Assembly: GCA_950097015.1 (NCBI GenBank)
Contig: CATNEN010000031.1
Location: 1 to 64,000 of the forward strand
From: Macrostomum hystrix
Taxonomy: Eukaryota; Animalia; Platyhelminthes
DNA length: 64,000 nt
Direction of reading: 5' to 3'
Under the pieces are notes generated by a model. It was not told where the DNA came from and did not search any database. It saw nothing but the letters and a program-made list of their open reading frames with translations. Numbering within the stretch: the first letter of the stretch is position 1; every line of letters starts with the position of its first letter. Shown here in pieces: positions 47,480 to 59,908 of this stretch. Both the position numbers and the translations under genes were made by a program.

Positions 47480-50100
47480 TACTCTCCTCTAGCCTCCGCC
47501 CTCCTCAACCATCCTCTACCCTCCACTACTCTCCTCTATCTTCCCTGCCATCCTCTACCCTCCACTACCCTTCACTATCCTCCCCACCATCCTTTACCCT
47601 CCTTCACCATCCTCTACTCTCCTCTACACCCTTCCCTCTTCCCTCTACTCCTCTTCCCTTTACTACTATCCTCTACCCTCCTCTACTCTGCTCTAACCTC
47701 TTCTCTCCACTACCATCCTCTACCCTTCTCTACCCTCTTCTACCCTCCTATAACCTCCTCTAACCTCCTCTACCCTCCTTTACCCTGCTCTACCCTGCTC
47801 TACCCTCCTCTACCCTCCTCTAACCTCCTCTAACCTCCTCTACCCTCCTCTACCCTGCTCTACCCTGCTCTAACCTCCCCTACCATCCTCTACCCTGCTC
47901 TAACCTCCCCTACCATCCTCTACCCTGCTCTACCCTGCTCTACCCTCCTCTAACCTCCTCTACCCTCCTCTACCCTTCTCTACCCTCCTCTAACCTCCTC
48001 TAACCTCCTCTACCCTGCTCTACCCTCCTCTACCCTCCTCTAACCTCCTCTAACCTCCTCTACCCTGCTCTACCCTCCTCTACCCTCCTCTAACCTCCTC
48101 TAACCTCCTCTAACCTCCTCTACCCTCCTCTACCCTCCTCTACCCTGCTCTACCCTCCTCTACTCTCCACTACCATCCTCTACCCTTCTCTACCCTCCTC
48201 TACCCTCCTCTAACCTCAACCTCCTCTACCCTCCTCTAACCTCAACCTCCTCTACCCTCCTCTACCCTGCTCTACCCTCCTCTACTCTCCTCTATCCCCT
48301 TCCCTCCACTACCATCGACCATCGACCATCCTCTACCCTCCTCTACCCTCCTCTACCCTGCTCTACCCTCCTCTACTCTCCACTACCATCCTCTACCCTT
48401 CTCTACCCTCCTCTACCCTCCTCTAACCTCAACCTCTTCTACCCTCCTCTAACCTCAACCTCCTCTACCCTCCTCTACCCTGCTCTACCCTCCTCTACCC
48501 TCCTCTAACCTCCTCTAACCTCCTCTACCCTCCTCTACCCTGCTCTACCCTGCTCTACCCTCCTCTACCCTCCTCTAACCTCCTCTAACCTCCTCTACCC
48601 TCCTCTACCCTGCTCTACCCTGCTCTACCCTCCTCGAACCTCCTCTACCCTTCTCTACCCTCCTCTAACCTCCTCTAACCTCCTCTACCCTGCTCTACCC
48701 TCCTCTACCCTGCTCTAACCTCCTCTAACCTCCTCTACCCTGCTCTACCCTCCTCTACCCTCCTCTAACCTCCTCTAACCTCCTCTAACCTCCTCTACCC
48801 TGCTCTACCCTCCTCTACTCTCCTCTATCCCCTTCCCTCCACTACCATCGACCATCGACCATCCTCTACCCTCCTCTACCCTCCTCTACCCTGCTCTACC
48901 CTCCTCTACTCTCCACTACCATCCTCTACCCTTCTCTACCCTCCTCTACCCTCCTCTAACCTCAACCTCCTCTACCCTCCTCTAACCTCAACCTCCTCTA
49001 CCCTCCTCTACCCTGCTCTACCCTGCTCTACCCTCCTCTACTCTCCTCTACCCCCTTCCCTCCTCTTCCCTCCACTACCATCCTCTACCCTCCTCTACCC
49101 TCCTCTACCCTGCTCTACCCTCCTCTACTCTCCTCTACTCAACTCTACTCTACTCTATCTTTCCCTGCTCTTTCCTCCTCTACCCTCCTCTACTCTCCTC
49201 TACTCAACTCTACTCTACTATATCTTTCCCTGCTCTTTCCTCCTCTACCCTCCTCTACCCTTCTCTACCCTCCTCTACCCTCCTCTACCCTCCTCTACTG
49301 TCCTCTACCCCCTTCCCTCCTCTTCTCTCCACTACCATCGACCATCGACCCTCCTCTACCCTCCTCTACCCTGCTTTATCCTGCTCTACCCTCCTCTACT
49401 CTCCTCTACCCCCTTCCCTCCTCTACCCTCCTCTACCCTCCTCTATCTTCCCCGCCATCCTCTACCCTCCACTCCCCTTCTCTTTCCTACCCGCCATCCT
49501 CTACCCTCCACTCCCCTTCTCTATCCTCCCCAACATCCTCTACCCTCCTTCACCAGTCTTTACTCTCCTCTACCCCCTTCCCTCCTCAACCATTCTCTAC
49601 CCTGCTCTAACCTCGTCGATCCTCCCCACTATCCTCTACCCTCCGCTACCCTCCTCTATCTTCCCCGCCATCCTCTACCCTCCACCACCCTCCCTAGCCA
49701 TCCACTAATCTCCTCTACCCCCTTCCATCCTCTTCCCTCCACTACCATCAACCATCCTCTACCCTCCTCTACCCTGCTCTAACCTCCCCTACCATCCTCT
49801 ACCCTGCTCTAACCTCCCCTACCATCCTCTACCCTGCTCTAACCTCCCCTACCCTCCCCTACCCTGCTCTACCCTGCTCTACCCTCCTCTACCCTCCTCT
49901 ACCCTGCTCTAACCTCGTCGATCCTCCCCACCATCCTCTACCCTCCCCACTATCCTCTACCCTCCACCCTCTTCAACCATCCTCTACCCTCCGCTACCCT
50001 CCTCTACCCTCCCCACTATCCTCTACCCTCCACCATCCTCAACCTCCTCTAGCCTCTTTTAGCCTCCTCCACCCTGCTCTATCCTCCTCTATCCTCCTCT
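47480..50100. repeat. ~2.6-kb strand-asymmetric C/T-rich minisatellite of 10-bp units (cctctaccct / cctctaacct / gctctaccct)
   Basis: Near-pure 10-bp arrays in the core (~47740-49300) with degenerate flanks. An internal block (ctatccccttccctccactaccatcgaccatcgacc...) is duplicated ~533 bp apart (48291 and 48824). Confidence 0.95.
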
Positions 50101-50181
50101 TGCTAAGCTTGCTCTTCCTTTTATAAATCGACATTTTTCGCTGTTTAGTGTTTACTCATAAGGCATTATTTTTTTAGCAAT

Positions 50182-53100
50182 ATGCTGCGTGCAAAAGTTA
50201 CTGAGTTGCACTTTAAAGTAAGACACTACACACCTGGTCAGCGAGCTAGCAGGCGAAAGATAACGGTTGATGGTACTAGCTCTTTGTAAGTTCTGTGATT
50301 ACGGAAAGTGTACGTTGCGCGTAAATGTACAGAATTGTAAGTTTTTAGCGTATAAAAAACCTTCACAGACCGCCGCAACGACCACATGATCAAGAATCTG
50401 CCCCCAGTGCCGAAGAACACCTTTCATTCAGTTCTGCTTCACCACCCCTGTGTGGCAACACACAATATCAGGATCGTATCAATCGTGCTACCAAGGCATG
50501 GTCAGATAGCCAGCGCGATGCAGAGTCAGCAATCTGCGATTTTTTTAGCCCATTAGGCAACTGCGTAAAGTGTAAAACACATGAGGCGCCGTTTCGGTGC
50601 AGTGCATGCCACTTACTGCAAGTCTGCCGTAATTGCCTTGACGAACAACACAAACATCATCCTCCGCACGTGGCGGAACAGTGGAATGTAAGCTTTAAAG
50701 TTAGCTCATACTGCCATCAAACGTAGGCTAGAACACAGTAATTTACTTTCTTAATTCCCATTCATTTTACCACAAAGTAGGTGTACACCAAAACGAGTCA
50801 CTTCATTTCATGGCAGTGTGAACGAGCCTTTACAGTTTTGGCTTTCGGTGCACTTTGAATGATTTTTATGACATTTAAGATTAGTTTATCAATACACTAT
50901 ACTATTGTATTTTTTACAGTGTTTTCACTGTATCATTTGCATTTTTATTCTCAGAATTCAGAATTGTTTGTATTTTTTAATTTACTACTTCCAACAGGGT
51001 CATGTTTACGTTCCACTGACAGCTCCCGCTGTGCTGAAACGTCGATGCTCGTGCTTGGGATCATCGTTTGTCAAGCAAGTGTTTATTTTTGATGACAATG
51101 GTAAGTAAATGCCTATACGATTTTTATCACTATTTGTACAGGGCCAAATTACTTTTTTAAAACCTTTTAAAGCGGAAAACCTTCTTGCTTTCTTACCGAC
51201 ATGTGGGTTTGTAGTTTATAATGTCCGACTCAGGGCTTGAAGGTCGAGGTTCGATTCCTGATTTTACTGTAAACTTTTTGTCTATTAGCACAACACTTAA
51301 CTCTGCATTGCTTCAGTTCACCCAGCTGTTAAATGAGTGCTAGCATTGTCTGGGATTAATTTTGTGAATCTTCAAATGCGCTACGCAATGGCTGTGGCTG
51401 TGCTGTCGGCAGCTCACCCTTAGTTTCTAATCCTAGATCGTGCTGATATTGAGATACAACATATACACAACATACACTCGCTCCACCTCATACATCATAT
51501 ACATATACATTACGCTGAAATCCAATCAAATTTCATAACACAATTTCAGGCGACGAATTCGATGCTTCTTTAGAAGTATGTAATTGCAGCAACATCCGCG
51601 CATCACTGGTTCGCCATGGATTCTGGCCGCTGCAAGCTGAACCAGATCTGGCGATTCGCGTTACTGCTGCCTCTTTCAAGCTCCTTTTACAGCTTATCGC
51701 TATCAACAAAAAGTGTGCAGGCTCCCTACAAAGTGCTTGTTGTGCCATGGCATCTTTCAGATCGCCTATGTGGGGCCGACAAGGGGTACGATGAAGTAAT
51801 TTTTTTGTCTACATGCACGTTAAGTCAGGAAGTTTTGGTACCTGTATACTCTTGGAGCCAAATTTATTTGGTGACAGAATTCAATGCAAAATGTTTTGAT
51901 GCTTGATGTTTTTATAGGTAGTATATGAGGGGGTGAGTGGCAGAGCGGTTAACGCGTTTGCCTCTCGCACCACGGTCCCTGAGCTCGATTCCGCGAGCAA
52001 GGCCACATTAATTTGAGGTGCAGCCGCGGAGAGAAGGCTTGGGGGCTTGTCGTGCAATTTACGCCCATGAGGGCCAACCTCCAACGCACAGAGAAAATGT
52101 ACACCGCCTGACGATGAAAAAGTCAGGGCAGATGTACACCTCTGTGTGAGTGTGTGCCTGCGTACGGTATCTGTGTGCGTGTGTGCTCAGGAGTCAGCGG
52201 AATGGGCAGAATTGCCTCCTCGCTGGCTGCAGGTCTACTGTCAAAAAAATGTTGTGTCAGTGCCCACAGCCCTCCTGCTAACATTATTATTATTACAGGT
52301 AGTATATGTTATCAAGCTTTTTTATTTCAGATGAATCTATACCGGCCGCTGAATACTTTCGGCTCAATGACTGCTTTTCGCCAGCTTTTGAGTTCAATTC
52401 AATGGGATGGAGAGACCAATTGTCCAGCTTGCTATACGGTTTAAGTCGAAGAATTAGCATTTTTCCTTCTCTTATATCTAATAATGGGTATTGTAAATAT
52501 TCACTTGTCCCACTGTGCGAAATGTAATTTATAGGAGCCTCAAAATTTCGTCAAGTTTTGCCCCACTTTCTCCAAACAGTGCTCCAACGTGTATTGTATT
52601 GCTTTTTTAGTCAAAATAATTTTTTTAACCATTCCTAATCTCTGTTTAGTCCGAATGCCAAGATACCTTGTCGGCTCCATTGATTGTTCAGCTCGACGGC
52701 TGCTTCGGAATGCGGCACAGAGCCTCTGCCGGCCTTTCATCTTTTCCTGAGCACGACACCAATAGCTACTTTGTGGAAGCAGACATGTCCGGTGACTTTC
52801 AAGTCAATGCTCAGAGTTGTCCTAATTGGAAAGCAGGTGAAAGAGGTCAGCAGCTCGTCACGACAAGAGACAAAACAAATTTGGATGTCTTTGGCCTGTT
52901 TGCTGCATCTTGCCGCCACGAGTCAATATTAACGCTTTCGGATATGATTACAAGTGGAGAACGGTAATGTGATTAAGAGTTTAGTTTTAGTTAGGAATTT
53001 TCATTTTTCTTTTTTTCTGATCATTGGCAGAGTGGTAATGCATCCTAACGGCTAGTCATGAGCCGCTACAAGGCAAAGCCACATTAAGTTTGGGGTTGGT

Positions 53101-54933
53101 CGCAGAAACTTTAAACTTAATGTACTATGCACTGGACTTACTTGCTAGCCAATCCGAACTACTCCATCTTAGACTCAACTACGCTGTGGCATCAGTGAAG
53201 ACAGCTGTGGCACGCAACCCAGCGGCTCGCATTATTGTCTCATATGACATTGCATGCAAGCTGAAAGCTACATTTCGGGATTCTCAAATTGCTTTCGTAG
53301 TGCCTGCAATGCATGCCTACGGACATTCATGGCCGTGCCAGCTAACAAACGGCGTACGCTTCAAACCGGATGTCGGTCTTACAGACGGCGAAGGTTGCGA
53401 ACGACTGTGGAGCTATTTACGGCGTTTTTCCGCACAAACGAAAGAGATGACTCACGTCAATAGACGTCGATTTTTAAACACTTTAGCTGCTGACATGAAC
53501 TTCGAATTAATCGTCAACATCAGTAAGGCAATACCAGCTACTTGTAGTTTATAAATGAACCGGAAATGCTTTTGCGGGAAGTTTTGCATCTTGTGCTTCT
53601 TGACCTCTTTCTCTTGCGCTCATGCTAATAAGTTATCAAAGTCAGCTAATACTGTACACGTGAAAGTTTTATCCCAATTAGTAACTTAACAACCATCCCA
53701 TCCGATGCCTAAATTCGTGTAGCTAACTGGCTGACGCAGCGCATCAAATACGTCCAGCGGACCAATGCACGCATCGAAAATGAGATAACTGCATTTGCTT
53801 CGAGCCATCAAATCTCACGTATGAACTCGTCAGATAAACTTTGCACAAAAGCAAAAAATTTTAATTTAGTACAGCATGCTTTGCACTCGATTAAATGTAG
53901 CCTCTTTTTACTCTTGCTTTTCCGCAATAATTTTTCGTTACTTTTTTCAGCGACGCTTTCTGCTTTTGAGGCGTACGTGGAATCTTGGGCGCCAGACTTT
54001 TGTGCATCCATCATGGCAACATCTAATCAAAGACGGGTGAGCACTACTCGTGAGTTAGCTATCAACGATCTAGCTGCACTAACCGCAGAGCGGGAATATC
54101 TGGCCCAGCATGTCGCTACCGATCGGGGTCAGAAAATGGCAAAACGCTTGGCGTCGGCTAAGAAAGCAATCGATAAAAAACGCGAGATCATAGTTCGTCG
54201 CTTCAACTCTAGCCTATCTTCTGAGCCTCCACTTAGTCTAGAAGATTTTACGAGCTTTGCAGCTGAAGGCTTTAAAACAGCTAATCTTAGCCAATTGGAC
54301 GCAAATACAACGTCGCAGATGGTTGCCTATCGTCTATATCATATGCGCCTTCGAGCTAAAGAGGAGATAGCCATTGTGGAGTGTGAAGTTCGACGCTCCA
54401 CCCGCTTTCTACTTCGGGCCATTCAGCAAACCTGGGCGCGCATTGCCTCAAGTCATTATAACTCTCCTGTGCTTTACAATCGGCTCATCGGTCTCAGTCG
54501 ACTTCTTCATCGGCATGTCACCGCCTTTCCATCAGAAAAAACCCTGGTTCAAGACACCAACATACTGGCGATGGAGACAGTCGGCTCTGTGGCTCTTGAC
54601 GAAGAAACGTGTGACGTTTACTCTATGAGTGACTCCGGTAAGTAAAAATTGCCAATTTTTAAAAACGATTCGGCGACCATGTCCATGTTATGGTATGATA
54701 GTTTCAGAATGTTGTAAAGATTGAAAGTGTTTGTATCTCATCATCTTTAGACTAGATTATTTCGGGCTCACTTTATTATGCTTTTGTTGCCCACACAGGC
54801 AACAAATTGTCGAATATGCGCGCGTGATTCGTCGCTCGTACTGCTTTACATTGTGCTATAAATAGCTTTTCGTACTATTATTTCATTCCTTCCTGTTCTT
54901 TCAGCATCGGATGATGACACAGACACTGAATGA
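50182..54933 (+). CDS. CxC-cluster + KDZ (Kyakuja-Dileera-Zisupton) transposase, 9 exons, 749 aa: 50182-50285, 50369-50687, 50998-51100, 51550-51785, 52331-52438, 52650-52963, 53173-53522, 53951-54637, 54905-54933
   Basis: All 8 introns are GT-AG with matching phases (2,0,1,0,0,2,1,1), total 2250 nt with no internal stop. Motifs: CVKC..FRCSAC..CRNC...H..PPH.AEQW, LVRHGFWP, CPAC, QLDGCFG, GLFAASCRH, GER|LNY, SYDIAC, VPAMHAYGH..PCQ, GLTDGEGCERLWSYL. Confidence 0.85.
51205..51355 (+). mobile_element. tRNA-derived SINE fragment in KDZ intron 3
   Basis: Degenerate tRNA head with B-box ggttcgattcc (51248-51258), followed by a cttaactctgcattgcttcagttcacccagctgttaaatgagt body typical of invertebrate SINE2 families. 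Confidence 0.6.
51928..52296 (+). mobile_element. Full-length tRNA-derived SINE (369 bp) with 12-bp TSD, in KDZ intron 4
   Basis: A-box tggcagagcgg (51938-51948), B-box-like gagctcgattcc (51981-51992) and a (tta)n tail. The exact direct repeat aggtagtatatg lies at 51916-51927 and 52297-52308. Confidence 0.85.
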
Positions 54934-56733
54934 ATTCAGTTCTCTTAATGCACTGCGTTGTCGGGTCTGCACTTCTTTTTCTCTGACTTACTTGTGAATG
55001 ACATGTGCTCTGGATTCCCAGACCAGTTTAACTTACACATGTATGTGCTAAGAAAACGCGTACGTACGAGCTAGCGATAGGCAGCAAAAATGTTCAGAGC
55101 AGCAGTGTGGCTGTGGCTGTAGGTTATCTGTGGCACTTACAAGCGCAGTTGATTAAAGTCACGTTACTTGCACAGGATAAGCTATAATCTTATGCTCAGA
55201 AATTCTTTTTAATGCTGTTCTTGTTTAGTAATGTACATGCAGTTCACTTATGTATTTGCAAATCAGTCAAGCTTATTGTACTTCAGGTTCTTGTATCTTC
55301 TCGTATAACTTCTCGTATCTCCCTACTTATATTTGTGTTGTTTCTGAACGTACTTCTAGCTATTTTTTAATTGTATAATAGACTAAATTCGAGGCATTAT
55401 ATAAATACCATAGAAACAAGCGTAGCTTAACGTAGCAAGTAATTGTTACATTTATACCGGTTCCGTCCTGTGCCCAACTAAATTCTCGTAATTGTTCCTT
55501 ACGCCCCTTACATTGCATGCCTATGATTGTTTGAATGGTTTCTCTGATCCATAATATATAGAAAGGATAGTTACCCAGTTTTTGTTACAAATTGAGTTCA
55601 GTTGATCTAGAACCTACCGTGATCGCTGATGTCTTAGAGAGCTTGTGGAAAGACGACAAGTTTTGATGAGAATCAAAGCTATGTTCATTATTTATTAAAT
55701 CTAAGGCTCATGGTAAGTCAAAAATATCTCTCCATTTTTGTTACTTCAATCATGAATGTATATTGGATTGCTTTCCTTGCTGCGATTTTTTTAAGGAAAC
55801 GGTTAAAAGCCAAATAAATTGTATATCTGATTGTGTGTTTAACGGAAATTAATTAACGGCGAATAAAATTTTAGGTCTGTATAAAGTTTTATTCATCCGA
55901 TTTCTTTCTTTTTTTCGGTTCTAGAACGTGCCAATTATACCAGAAGGACTACGAGCGTAAGCTTAAATTATGAATCGTTGGTTGATTCGTCCAATTATAA
56001 ATTGTACTTGATGATTGGAACCACATTTCAATCAGGTAAAAGTACTTACAAATTAATATTTTGGTATCGCAATAACCCAAAAAAATGCTAACTCCCAGAG
56101 GATGTAGTCCAAGCAGCAGAAATGCATGGCACGAACAACCGATAGGACGAGGCCGGACAGTTAAAGCGAACATTTATTTGGCGCTAAAATAACCAGCGGC
56201 ACCAGTTTTAGAAATGCAGACTCGAAAAGCAACACGCAGCAGAAGGTGTCAAAAAGCGCGCTGGCACACAGGCTGAAAGCCCTCTTAAATACTGACAGCG
56301 CGGGGGAGAGGCTGAAGCCCCGCAGATTCGCATCAAACTAACAGACATAGGTGCACATGCTCCAAGGTCAAGCGAGACAGGCAGACAGTTACCTGTTATC
56401 TGCCTCACGATGACTTAAACTGAGTCATCGTGCGTGTACGCAATTAAATTAAAATGCTCGTATTAGTGTGCTTGGGCATCGTGACAAGCGTGAATGCCCA
56501 GGGCACATTATAAGAGCGTAGACATGTCAAAGTGATTTTTAACTTACTTTGTCGAAATTATTCACTTCGGCTCACGCAATTTCAACGATTGGCCCGCCAT
56601 CGTCAGCATATCGTTCACCCTTACGCCACCCAAAAAACATTTTGTTAAGAATTTGCCATATACATATGTACGAAGCTTTTTACCACTTCACTTAACTCAC
56701 TTACTCAGAGTCATCCTACATGTATTGTATTTT

Positions 56734-58316
56734 TCGCACTATGTGGAACAGTGGGCATGCAAAACGGAACGGCCCATGGAATTCTATGGCCGAGCGTAAT
56801 TGAACTCACAAAAGAAAGTAAGCCATAGACAACTCATGCAATTGATGCAAGACAATTTGTCATGCTATGTGGAACGATGAGCCAGAATAGAAGGAACGAT
56901 TTTAGATTTTATTTGCAGAAAGAATGAAATTAAGCAGAAACAGAACATTTTTCAGAGTTGCATTCCAATAAATCATATTTTAAGTCTGCAATTGAAACAT
57001 CAAAGTTAAAAAATTTCAACCCCTAAAACAGATGTCGCCTCAAACCCAATCCAAACAATCGATTGCAGCGCAGCTCCCAGCCAGCGCACTTGTCCGCAGT
57101 GATTGCTTGACCAACAGCTTCAGTCGCCTCTCGTTCAAGTAGCATGAATCTCCACTGCTTAAGTGTCACTCCTTCTGTTCAAACTTGCTCATTCTCAACC
57201 ATGCCGGCTTCCGCCAAACGGTTCTTGAGATTTGACTTCAACGCAGCAAATTCGGTCGGGTTTAGAAATGGTGAATACGGGGGTAGGATTCGTGTCACAA
57301 TTCTGTCCCGATGGTTCTCTCGGATCTCCACACCACGATGAAAATTTGGGCCATCCTTAAAAATTACCCAGTTTCCGGTAGGGTCCAGTTGATGGCAGCG
57401 GTCTGCTAGGTGGTCTAAAAATTCTTGAAACCTTTGCTGCGTTTGGCCCCTCTCTGGATGACATAATGCACCAACCGGAACTCCGACGAAATTGCCATGC
57501 AAACCGTAACGTTAGGACCCCTCTGGGTTGTCACCGTGCCGAATCCTTGCGAACACTTGGTGTCCACGAGCCGACCTGCCCTACGACCTCCGGGTCCACA
57601 AGTTAAAACCGGTCTCATCTAAGTAGACAGTGTGAACTCCTGGAGCTAAGTGGAGCATGAAGTTAGCGTATTCGCTTCTGGCGTCCAGGCTTTCGACTCG
57701 GTTGGTGTTTAGGTGAATATATCCGTCCCCTTGGTAGCAAGTTTGACCGTAAAGAGCAAACCATCCATTGTTCGATCAATTGTTTTAAGGCTCACCTGTG
57801 GCTTGTCAGGAAAGCGTCCGATCAGCTTCTCAGCCATTGACTTTAGCGTTTGAAAGGGATTTCGCTGCACCTCATGTTGTAAAAAATCTCGCATCTTTGC
57901 GTCCATTTTGCAGTTTGCTTCCTTGCATCCTCCACGAGGCAAAGCTTCCAACCTGCCATGCAGCTTGTTCGAATGTTGACCGAATACGCTGAACAGAAGT
58001 TTTGGATACTCCTAACAAGACTGACACATCCTTCATCGACAGTCCACGGTGCAAGGCGGCGACGATGCGCTGTACGTCGATCACGTACAGCAATTTGGGG
58101 CGCCATTATTGCTTAACTGATCAAACGAAAGAAAATGAAAGCGTGTTCTTGTCTCTGAAAAACTAAAATCGTTCCTTCTATTCTGGCTCATCGTTCCACA
58201 TAGCATGACAAATTGAGTTGTCTATGGCTTCTTTCTCGTGTGAATTCAAACGCTTGGCCATAGAATTCCATCATGGGCCGTTCCGTTTTGCATGTCCACT
58301 GTTCCACATAGCGCGA
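56734..58316 (-). mobile_element. IS630/Tc1-mariner superfamily (Gambol-like) element with ~154-172 bp TIRs, IR/DR type
   Basis: Left TIR 56734-56905 and right TIR 58163-58316 are reverse complements (the left has an 18-bp insert). ctatgtggaac is repeated at the outer and inner end of each TIR. The exact termini and TSD are unclear. Confidence 0.88.
57179..58106 (-). pseudogene. IS630-like DDE transposase, frameshifted
   Basis: HTH-like DVQRIVAALHRGLSMKDVSVLLGVSKTSVQRI, TLKSMAEKL..VSLKTIDR, YLDETGFNLWTRR..GRS, NVTVCMAIS, D..NFH and LPPYSPFLNPTE. There are several frameshifts and stops. Confidence 0.88.
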
Positions 58317-58325
58317 CAAAAGCAA

Positions 58326-58510
58326 TACTTGCATCCCAGCTGTATTGAATACACTCGCAGTCATCCTACATGTACTTGCATCCCAGCTGTATTGAATACA
58401 CTCGCAGTCATCCTACATGTACTTGCATCCCAGCTGTATAGAATACACTCGCAGTCATCCTACATGTACTTGCATCCCAGCTGTATTGAATACACTCGCA
58501 GTCATCCTAC
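58326..58510. repeat. 47-bp tandem repeat x~4
   Basis: tacttgcatcccagctgtattgaatacactcgcagtcatcctacatg at 58326, 58373, 58420 and 58467. Confidence 0.95.
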
Positions 58511-59510
58511 TTACATCGGAGTCAATCCAGTGCTCGATATACAAGTCACGCGTTTTGAGTTGAATATGGAGTGTAAGTTTAATTTTAGTTTTTTAGACTA
58601 AGCAAAATTTTACGTTTTTTATGGTCTCAAACGACACTGACAACGGCCGGAGTTTGTCCGCTCGCAAGCTGTCTGCTGTGGCGCCCCATTCGACGCGAGC
58701 CTTAATTGATGCCCATTTTTTGTTACCATGCAGTGGGCTACGTAGCGTTTGTTATTATATACCATGTTATTAAGGCCAAGCTTTAAACGGGTGCCAGCGT
58801 AATTGAGGCTGCGCGTGGCCCCGCCCCAGTCCATGGACTGAATAGTCATACCCAGCCTGCGGAGGCACAGCGCAAAATAGCTGCGGCTGTGCTGTCTTCT
58901 GTAAATCTGCCCCAATTGGGGCACGTGCAGTTAATTATTTTATGAATATTACTCCGCAGGATATTCCATACACCATGAAAATGGTTTATGGCTGCATTTT
59001 TTAATTTCCCATTACAACAATTGTCATACATGTAGAACCTCGCCACACTTTCCGTAAGAAGACATAGTAAGTGCTTAGCAAAGAAAAAAGTACCTAGCTA
59101 AATCTAGCGACTTGATTAAGCAAAGTAAAAAAGCCAAGAAAATCCAGGAAAACTGAGAGTACACTTTCAGCCTTTACGAGTAACAACTCACATGAGTGAA
59201 GTCAAACTTTTGGCTGCCAATCACGTATACTTAAATTCCTCTCAAATCTTATTTAATTAGCAAGCTGTATGTTGTCAAGTGGTCATTGATAAAGTCCTTT
59301 TGCCTTGATTGCGCCTGATCAACTCAGTATAAAATTACCATCATGGCCTTTTGCCACTCAAGCACTTCGAAAGGTGAGGGGAGCAGTGCTTACATTCATG
59401 ATAAGCATGTGATAAATGCTGTAGAGCGGGCTAACTTTATTCTGGTTTCTACCTCGTTTTAGTCCAGCTCCCCACTTGTTCTCGTCATCCTGCATTAAAA
59501 ATACGCACCG

Positions 59511-59616
59511 CTAAATGCAACACTATCTAAATGCAACACTACCTAAATGCAACACTATCTAAATGCAACACTACCTAAATGCAACACTATCTAAATGCAA
59601 CATTATCTAAATGCAA
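59511..59616. repeat. 16-bp tandem repeat x6.6 (ctaaatgcaacacta[t/c])
   Basis: Units start at 59511, 59527, 59543, 59559, 59575, 59591 and 59607. The last base alternates t,c,t,c,t. Confidence 0.95.
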
Positions 59617-59908
59617 TCCTGAATTTTAGATGCTCGGTGTTTCTATCGTGGGAAGTTGTACAACTACGAATAAGAACTAAAACAGTGGCTAGAAAGACCT
59701 TAGCGTAAACTACGACCGATTTTATGTTCACAATCTTTAACTGATATGAGCCAGAAAAGAAGACGGTTGCTAAGAGGTGTCTATTCGAAAAACTTTTGTC
59801 GCTACTGAGTCAGAGGAACGAAAGAAAACGCGAATGCCAGACGACCCGGCAACTGTACTCTGGACTAACGAGAAAGGAGGTGAAGGATCGGAGTTAGTGA
59901 TAATGGTT

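Noticed and set aside
51205-52000. tRNA genes
   Set aside because: A/B boxes are present, but there is no complete cloverleaf and they continue into SINE bodies or tails.
52108-52135. Hammerhead core (CTGACGA..GAAA) in the SINE
   Set aside because: There is no stem II between the motifs and no stem III/UH partner, and the related copy at ~60697 lacks GAAA.
57179-58106. Bacterial IS630 contamination or recent bacterial transfer
   Set aside because: It is embedded among spliced genes and SINEs, has long IR/DR TIRs and is decayed. Eukaryotic IS630-like families explain it.
58846-59046. YDNCC/NHFH motif resembling a second KDZ-like transposase fragment
   Set aside because: The spacing and downstream motifs do not fit, and the match is too short to support a call.
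55000-59700. TET/JBP dioxygenase gene between the KDZ and HMG genes
   Set aside because: I found no HxD...H...RxS 2OG-Fe(II) signature in any frame I could read. Small possible exons (e.g. minus ~59490-59390, ~55670-55610) could not be linked into a model.
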